Made by a program: the position numbers and the translations under genes | The notes under the pieces: generated by a model | The model's database searches: none | The model's input: only the letters and a program-made list of their open reading frames with translations | What the model was told of the DNA's origin: nothing | In this document: positions 57,894 to 64,000 of the stretch, one piece after another | How positions within the stretch are numbered: position 1 is the first letter of the stretch | How the letters are laid out: each line of letters begins with the position of its first letter | Source of the DNA: a virus | IMG/VR virus record: IMGVR_UViG_3300036834_000189 | Span: 1 to 64,000 of that record | DNA length: 64,000 nt | Reading direction: 5' to 3' (one strand)

Positions 57894-58880
57894 ATGCCCG
57901 TCACCCGCATGACCCGCCCCGCGGCGCCGCCGCCGCGCGTGTTCCCGACCGGCTCGACTTTGCTCGATCTGCAGAACGGCGGTGGCTGGGCGCTGGGCCG
58001 TGTGGTCAACGTGGTCGGCGATTCGTCGTCCGGCAAAACTCTGCTGGCGATCGAGGCGTGCGCCAATTTCGATCGGCTCTACGGGGTCGAGGCGATCCGC
58101 TATGTCGAGAGCGAGTCGGCGTTCGACCAGGATTATGCGCTGACCCTGGGATTGCCGCCCGGCATCGCGGTGATCAGCGACCAGATCCATACCGTCGAGG
58201 ATTTCGGCGACGATCTCAGTGATTTTCTCAAGCGGGTCGATGGCCCCGCCGCGCTCTACTGCCTCGATTCGGCGGATGCATTGTCGAGCAACGCCGAGGT
58301 CGAGCGAAAGATCGGCACCGCGACTTACGGAGCCGACAAAGCCAAGGCCTTCTCGGAGATCTTCCGCCGCCACATCGCCGAGGTTGGCAAGAAGAATTGT
58401 TGTTTGTTCATCATCAGCCAGACCCGCGACAACATCGGCAACATGTTTGTCCCGAAGACCCGCTCGGGGGGAAAAGCCCTGCGGTTCTACGCCAGTCAGG
58501 AAGTCTGGCTGCACGAAGTGCAGAAGGAGCGGCGGCAGGCATTGGGCGGGGTCGAACGCGTGGTCGGCATCCATGTCCGGGCGCAGAACAAGAAGAACAA
58601 GATCAGCCTGCCGTTCTACGAAATCGACTTCCTGCTGCTATTCGGCTATGGCGTCGACGACGAATTGTCGATGGTCAGCTGGTTGAAAAAGAACAAGGCC
58701 GACTCCCGCGATCTCTCCGAGCCGTTGGAGCGCTATGGTCTGGCGATCCGCAAAGCCCGCGACCGGCGGGATCTGGCGGTGTTGTCCGAGTATGCCGGGG
58801 AATTGCGTGCGGCGACGCGCGCCCGCTGGCTGGAAATCGAGGAGGCGTTCAAACCGCCGATCGCCAAGTATGCCAGATGA
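57894..58880 (+). CDS. RecA/UvsX-like recombinase
   Basis: PTGSTLLD...GG...GR, GDSSSGKT, LDS, ISQTR, SGGKALRFYAS, KNK. Confidence 0.9.
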   Translation: MPVTRMTRPAAPPPRVFPTGSTLLDLQNGGGWALGRVVNVVGDSSSGKTLLAIEACANFDRLYGVEAIRYVESESAFDQDYALTLGLPPGIAVISDQIHTVEDFGDDLSDFLKRVDGPAALYCLDSADALSSNAEVERKIGTATYGADKAKAFSEIFRRHIAEVGKKNCCLFIISQTRDNIGNMFVPKTRSGGKALRFYASQEVWLHEVQKERRQALGGVERVVGIHVRAQNKKNKISLPFYEIDFLLLFGYGVDDELSMVSWLKKNKADSRDLSEPLERYGLAIRKARDRRDLAVLSEYAGELRAATRARWLEIEEAFKPPIAKYAR

Positions 58881-59070
58881 CCCGCGTCTGGCTAAGGGGA
58901 TACCGATGCAAATCCGCCGATTTGGGACCATTACCACGGGGTTGGGTGTTTCTTACGATCGGGCGTTGGACGCTCTCATTGTACTGGGTGCGAGAAAAAG
59001 GTGCTCGGCGCGAACCAACCCCCGACTACGATTCAATTCCGTGAGGACGGCCCGAATACCACGGTGACAC

Positions 59071-59523
59071 ATGATCCTACCGGCGCAAACCATCCGTACC
59101 CTCGGCATCCTCACCCCGTGTTGTGAACGGACTCGCCTACACGGGGTCACCTACGGCCTGGGACCGGCGGGTTACGACCTGCGCACCGCCGAGGACATCA
59201 CCCTGTGGCCGAGCAGCTCCGCCCGCGTCGACGCCATCGAGCGCTTCGACATGCCAAACGATGTCATGGGGTTACTCTACTCGAAGTCGACCTGGGCACG
59301 CCTCCACATCGAGCACGCGGCCACCGTCATCGAACCGGGCTGGCGCGGAACCCTGCGGCTGGAGGTCAACATGCACTATGGCGACAAACCGATCACGATC
59401 CGCCGGGGGACGGGGATCGTGCAGGCCGTCTTTTTTCGTCTGGAGAGCGCGACCGAACAACCCTACGAAGGCAAGTTCCAGGCCCAGGGACCGGGACAAG
59501 ACGCCATCTTCGACCCGCCATGA
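59071..59523 (+). CDS. dCTP deaminase/dUTPase-family protein
   Basis: [34 protein letters not shown]. Confidence 0.85.
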   Translation: MILPAQTIRTLGILTPCCERTRLHGVTYGLGPAGYDLRTAEDITLWPSSSARVDAIERFDMPNDVMGLLYSKSTWARLHIEHAATVIEPGWRGTLRLEVNMHYGDKPITIRRGTGIVQAVFFRLESATEQPYEGKFQAQGPGQDAIFDPP

Positions 59524-59780
59524 CGACGCTGTACTGCAACTTTTGCGGCAAGTCGCAGCACGAGGTCGCCCCGATGGTGTACATCTGCGACGCGTGCGTC
59601 GACCTGTGCCACGCCATTGCGCATCCGCCGGATGCGGCAACGACCGACAAGCAGCCGATACCGCCGCCGCTCGACGAGGGGCTGCGGCTGGCCAAGATAG
59701 CGATAGAAACGCTGTGCGATCTCTGTGACTGGATGCGCGAGCATCAGAAGCATTGGACGACACCGGAGGACGAGGATTGA
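59520..59780 (+). CDS. ClpX C4 zinc-finger domain protein
   Basis: [13 protein letters not shown]...[11 protein letters not shown]. Confidence 0.75.
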   Translation: MTTLYCNFCGKSQHEVAPMVYICDACVDLCHAIAHPPDAATTDKQPIPPPLDEGLRLAKIAIETLCDLCDWMREHQKHWTTPEDED

Positions 59781-60035
59781 ACCGTTGAAGCTGTGCAAGG
59801 ATTGTAAATGGGCACTGAACCGGGGAGCGGAGCTGGGCACCCCTCGCCCCTACGACTGGAGTTGTCGGCACCCGGCTGCGCTGCAGCCCCCGCTCGCCGA
59901 TTATGTCACCGGAACCCCGCAGCAGCCGCACCCGCGCGACTGCCTCGGGATGCGCGACGATCCCGACCTGTGCGGTCCCGAGGGGCGCTACTGGGAAGCG
60001 GCGATTTCGGAGGTCGAGGAATTGGACGCGCGGCG

Positions 60036-60245
60036 ATGAGACAGCTTACCCCGGCAGCCAGGCTGACCCTCGCGTTGCGTGAAGCCGGTGCGCCGCAGGA
60101 CATGATCGACCGCGCCGCCACCGGGTATTACGGCGATTTCACGTCACCGCTGCCGTTCCCGATCAGTCGATTGGTCAAGGATGCCAGAGCCGCCGGGCTC
60201 GACGCGATCGCGCGCCGCGCGATGGATGGCGAGTTCGACGGCTGA
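60036..60245 (+). CDS. Hypothetical protein
   Basis: ATGA coupling; GYYGDF.SPL.FP motif. Confidence 0.55.
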   Translation: MRQLTPAARLTLALREAGAPQDMIDRAATGYYGDFTSPLPFPISRLVKDARAAGLDAIARRAMDGEFDG

Positions 60246-60494
60246 CCGGAGAGCAAATGATGCTCACGACTGACAATATCCTCGATTTGCTGCGTAAGAT
60301 GCCTGACAGCCTGAAGCCGCTCATGGATGGGCTCGGCTGCGGCATAGCGCCGATTGCTCGCATAACTTTGCGCGACACAGACCTGCACGGCAACAAGCTG
60401 CGCCTTGTTTGCGGCGTCGAGTTCATTGAGGACGATGAAGCCGTCGAGGACGATGAAAACGGCGACATGCCTGATAGCGATTGGGAAACCCAGA

Positions 60495-60761
60495 ATGCCG
60501 ACGATCAAGCAGAAAGCCGATCATGTCCGTGCCGCGCAGCAGACGCGGACCCATGAATGTCACTGGCCGGGATGCGACCGGCAGGTACCCCCGGCGAAAT
60601 GGGGATGTCTGCGTCATTGGCGGATGCTGCCGCGGTCTCTGCAGCAGCGGATCTGGCGGGCGTACCAGCCGGGGCAGGAAACGACGCTGACCCCGAGCCG
60701 GGAATATGTCGAAGCGGCCCGCGCGGTGCAGGAGTGGATTCGCGATGGGCGCCGTGTATAG
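60495..60761 (+). CDS. Zinc-binding hypothetical phage protein
   Basis: HECHWPGC...WGCLRHWRMLP. Confidence 0.6.
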   Translation: MPTIKQKADHVRAAQQTRTHECHWPGCDRQVPPAKWGCLRHWRMLPRSLQQRIWRAYQPGQETTLTPSREYVEAARAVQEWIRDGRRV

Positions 60762-60791
60762 TGAGCAAAACCGCCATTTTTGGAGGATTTT

Positions 60792-61184
60792 ATGATCGTC
60801 GACCGCCTGCCCTTTGGTCCCGTTCCGATCGAGCCGATGGCCGAGATCACCACCCGCTTCGAGGTCGCGACCGACGGCAAGATCACCCTCGGCGAGCGCG
60901 ACGCCGACCACCCGCTGATCGAGGCCGAAACCGACGAGATCGCGCTGAGCGTGAGCTACAGCGAGATCGCCGAGCATGTCGGCGGCGACCGCGTCGACTG
61001 GTGCTGGCTGCGGCTGACGACGCAGGGCGCCAGCGCCGACACCGGGCGAGCCTTCGAGGCGTGCCTGGAAGCCTGTCTGCCGTGGACCCAGCTGCGCCAG
61101 CTGCACGCCTATCTCGGGTTCCTGCTCGCTCAGGTCGAAAAAGGCGACCGGCGCGAAGCGAAGCCGCGCGAGGACATGCCGTGA
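60792..61184 (+). CDS. Hypothetical protein
   Basis: GGAGG SD. Confidence 0.5.
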   Translation: MIVDRLPFGPVPIEPMAEITTRFEVATDGKITLGERDADHPLIEAETDEIALSVSYSEIAEHVGGDRVDWCWLRLTTQGASADTGRAFEACLEACLPWTQLRQLHAYLGFLLAQVEKGDRREAKPREDMP

Positions 61185-61302
61185 CCAATCGTTGACCCGG
61201 TTGGGCAATCTTGGTGTGCAACCTTGGATTGCGTTATCCATCCGGTGTGCATTCTCCGGTCGATGCTCGATTCCGCCATTCGGACACCACATCTATGTCG
61301 TG

Positions 61303-61809
61303 ATGAAGGGCCATCTCAAAGGCAGCGCCTTCGAGCGTCTGTTGTGCCGTAAATTGTCGTTGTGGCTGTCGCACGGCGAGCGTTCCGATCTGCTGTGGCG
61401 ATCCTCGATGTCGGGCGGCCGAGCCACGTTGCAGCTCGCCAAGGACGAGGTCAATCGGGCGCAGAGCGGCGATCTCACCGCGATTGCCCGCGACGCCTAC
61501 CGGTTCTGCGACCGGACGTTTATCGAGGCCAAGCACTACCGTGATCTGGCCATTGCGCGGGGTCTGCTGTGCGACACCGGCCGGCTGGCGGGGTTCTGGA
61601 AAAACACCGTGGCCGCCGCCGCCAAGTACGACAAGACACCGCTGCTGATCGCCCGGCAGAACCGCTATCCGATCATCGCGATCACCGGCGCCACGGTGTT
61701 CGCCTGCCCGCCGGTGCTGACACTGCACGGCTGGAGTGCGCAGCTGTACCTGCTCGACGATGCGCTCAACGAGCCGGCGGTGACCATGCTGCGCCGCCCG
61801 CGCCACTGA
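61303..61809 (+). CDS. Holliday junction resolvase-like PD-(D/E)xK nuclease
   Basis: KGSAFER...LSLW, GDL, FIEAK. Confidence 0.7.
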   Translation: MKGHLKGSAFERLLCRKLSLWLSHGERSDLLWRSSMSGGRATLQLAKDEVNRAQSGDLTAIARDAYRFCDRTFIEAKHYRDLAIARGLLCDTGRLAGFWKNTVAAAAKYDKTPLLIARQNRYPIIAITGATVFACPPVLTLHGWSAQLYLLDDALNEPAVTMLRRPRH

Positions 61810-61936
61810 CACCGCCAAAAAAGCCGGATAAAAAACGCTTGGCAAGCCCGCCATCTGCTGCTAATGGGAAAACCGCTGCCGGGGGAACGACGCTCAGCCT
61901 TGGTGCGGTAGCCGTGAAGCGCTGACGACACGACAG

Positions 61937-62839
61937 ATGCCGCAGTCCCGCTCGATCAACAACTACAAGCCGGCCATACCCTACGACTACATCGGTCTGC
62001 AGCCGTCGCACAAGCGGCTGGTCGACGAGTATCTGGTCGATTTGAACATTGCGCAGGCGGCGCAGCGCTGCAACATCAACCTGACGACCGCCGAGCACAT
62101 CATCCGGCGTGACGACGTGCAGCGCGCGGTCAAGGAGCGCCGCACCTTTCTCGACAGTGGGCGTGCCCTCAAAGGCGCCAAGTTTGTGCTCGACAAGCTG
62201 TGGGAGGTGGCCACCGCCGACCCGCGCGATCTGGTGCAGATCTGGAAATTGCCGTGCCGCTTCTGCTGGGGATTGAACGGGCGCTACCAATTCACCAAAG
62301 CGGAGTTCGACCGGTTGTTGAAGGCGCATGAATACGGCTTGAGCGACCGCCCGTTCGACGCGTTGTGGCCGCGCTCCGACGCCGACCGCGCCGCCTGGGT
62401 GTGCGGCAAGAACCGGCTTGGTCTGGACACGCTCGGCGGCGACGGCTACACGACGCGCCGCGACCCCAACCCGAATTGCACCGAGTGCGCCGGTCAGGGG
62501 GTGACAATCAACGTGACCGCGGACACCCGCAAACTGTCCAAGGGCGCCCAGGCGCTGTATCGCGGCGTCAAGCTCGACAAGCAGGGCCGGATCGAGGTCC
62601 TGATGGCCAACGCCGATATCGCCAACGGTTTGTTGGCCAAGCACTATGGGATCATCGACAAGCACAAGGCCGGGTCCGGGGAGAGCATGACGATCGATCC
62701 GTCGACCTTGTCCGAGGAAGAACTGGCGCAGGCGATCACTCATCTGGAGCAGATGGTCGACGGCGAGTTCACGGTGATCGAGTCGGGTGCGCCGGTCGAG
62801 CAGATCGCACCACGCAAGCTCACTCGGCCGGTCGGATGA
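61937..62839 (+). CDS. Terminase small subunit
   Basis: LVDEYLVDLN.AQAA HTH, ADPRDLV, CRFCWG...PNPNCTECAG.G, LYRGVK. Confidence 0.8.
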   Translation: MPQSRSINNYKPAIPYDYIGLQPSHKRLVDEYLVDLNIAQAAQRCNINLTTAEHIIRRDDVQRAVKERRTFLDSGRALKGAKFVLDKLWEVATADPRDLVQIWKLPCRFCWGLNGRYQFTKAEFDRLLKAHEYGLSDRPFDALWPRSDADRAAWVCGKNRLGLDTLGGDGYTTRRDPNPNCTECAGQGVTINVTADTRKLSKGAQALYRGVKLDKQGRIEVLMANADIANGLLAKHYGIIDKHKAGSGESMTIDPSTLSEEELAQAITHLEQMVDGEFTVIESGAPVEQIAPRKLTRPVG

Positions 62840-63051
62840 CCGACAGCAAGCTCGTCGAGCTTGACGGCAATCTCGATGTCGAGCGCCCGACCGCGCTGGC
62901 TTACCGGTTCTACGACGGGCGGGTGCACGTCTGGCTGCCGAAGTCGCTGTGCACATGGACGCCGGATCACGGGGCGGTCGACGAACTTGAAGGCGAATGC
63001 GGTACGATGGAAGTGCCGGAGTGGCTCGCCCTCAGGGCGGGGCTTTTGTGA
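62836..63051 (+). CDS. Hypothetical protein
   Basis: VWLPKS...EVPEWLA motif; ATGA coupling. Confidence 0.6.
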   Translation: MTDSKLVELDGNLDVERPTALAYRFYDGRVHVWLPKSLCTWTPDHGAVDELEGECGTMEVPEWLALRAGLL

Positions 63052-63257
63052 TGCCTGACGATCCCGTCTCAGAGCCGCTGCTGCAATTCTTCCGCTACGA
63101 GCACCTGCGCCCGGAATTGCAGTCGATCAGCAAGGTGTTCGGCGATCTGGCGCACGACCTCGTCGTCGCGTTGCCGCGCAACCCCGAGCGCACGGTCTGC
63201 TTGCGCAAGCTATTAGAGGCAAAGGACTGCGCGGTGCGCGCCTTGCTGTTCAAGTAA
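63051..63257 (+). CDS. Conserved small phage protein
   Basis: LQFFRYEHL...LQSISK.F...ERTVCLRKLLEAKDCAVRA. Confidence 0.65.
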   Translation: MPDDPVSEPLLQFFRYEHLRPELQSISKVFGDLAHDLVVALPRNPERTVCLRKLLEAKDCAVRALLFK

Positions 63258-64000
63258 GTCGAGTCGATCTGCCCCCGCATGCTCAGCGCCAGTGAGTGAC
63301 TCGCATGCCTGTTCCCCCCGACGGTTCGAAGAACCACCCGCTCTACGTGGTCACCACCACGGCTCCGGGCACCGCTCCGACAGTCCCGCCCGACGGGACA
63401 GCAGGCAACCCGCTGTATGTCGTGACCGTGGCCGCCCCGGCGGTTGCCGCCACGGCGCCTCCCGACGGCACCGCGGGCAACCCGCTGAATGTGACGCCGG
63501 GCTGATGTCGGCACCGCGCATTGATACATAACAATCCAGAGACGCGCGTGGGGAGTTAGCCTGGGACAAGCCGCGGGGCGCGGTCGTAGTTGCCCGCGCG
63601 GCCCGAGGCCCCGCAGGTCTCCCTGCGCGCTGCGGCGAAGGCCGCCCGATGGCCCTTTCGGCTTTGGCCGGGGTTATCTAGCCCTCGGGGCTCCACGCGT
63701 GCCTACGGGCTTCTACGGGGTTTTTGACGGCACAACAATAGATCGGGAGGGGCCGATGCCGATGCCGCTGCGGGCGCTGTTGGGGCTGTGCATGCTGGCG
63801 GGGGTGACATTGACCTACTGCAGCGCGCAGGCGGTTCCCCACCAGCCGCCGTGCGGCCATGGGCACCAACCACCCTGCCCACAACCACCACCCCCGCCAC
63901 CCCCGCCACCCCCGCCGCCGCCGACGCCGACGCTGACCCTGACCTTTGCGCCACAGATGCCGGCGATCCCGGCGGACACGCCGCTGGGCACCACCGTCGC

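Overview
This is a 64-kb segment of a large, GC-rich dsDNA tailed phage. The host is probably an alphaproteobacterium, because the window carries GcrA and two SciP homologues. It runs from the end of a tail-fibre gene through early/accessory genes and a full replication/recombination kit to the terminase small subunit. That kit comprises two SNF2 helicases, a DnaB-like helicase, primase, a UDG-PolA fusion, clamp and clamp loader, SSB, RecA, SbcC/D, RNase H and a resolvase. The main discovery is an RNA-guided system. Seven separate non-coding arrays (about 50 units in total) are scattered over about 38 kb. Each 36-38-nt unit alternates two short repeats (GAGCGAGCCA and GAGAG[C/T/A]ACCA / GAGT[T/C]GAACCA) with two 8-nt variable spacers. 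The largest array is fused to the start codon of a single IS110/Nop-like protein (30066-31025) that lacks a RuvC domain and the catalytic Ser but has a Cys/His insertion. This matches the architecture of TIGR-Tas (TasA-type) systems; the genome-wide dispersal and placement in 5'UTRs are the unusual parts. Other notable signals are a conserved leader hairpin (GGC-AATCRA-GYC) behind five sigma70 promoters together with a NusG paralog, a solitary type I-C CRISPR-repeat-like hairpin in front of one mini-array, a ~650-nt structured intergenic region, and an atypical tRNA-Thr. All calls were made by eye from motifs; no database searches were run.
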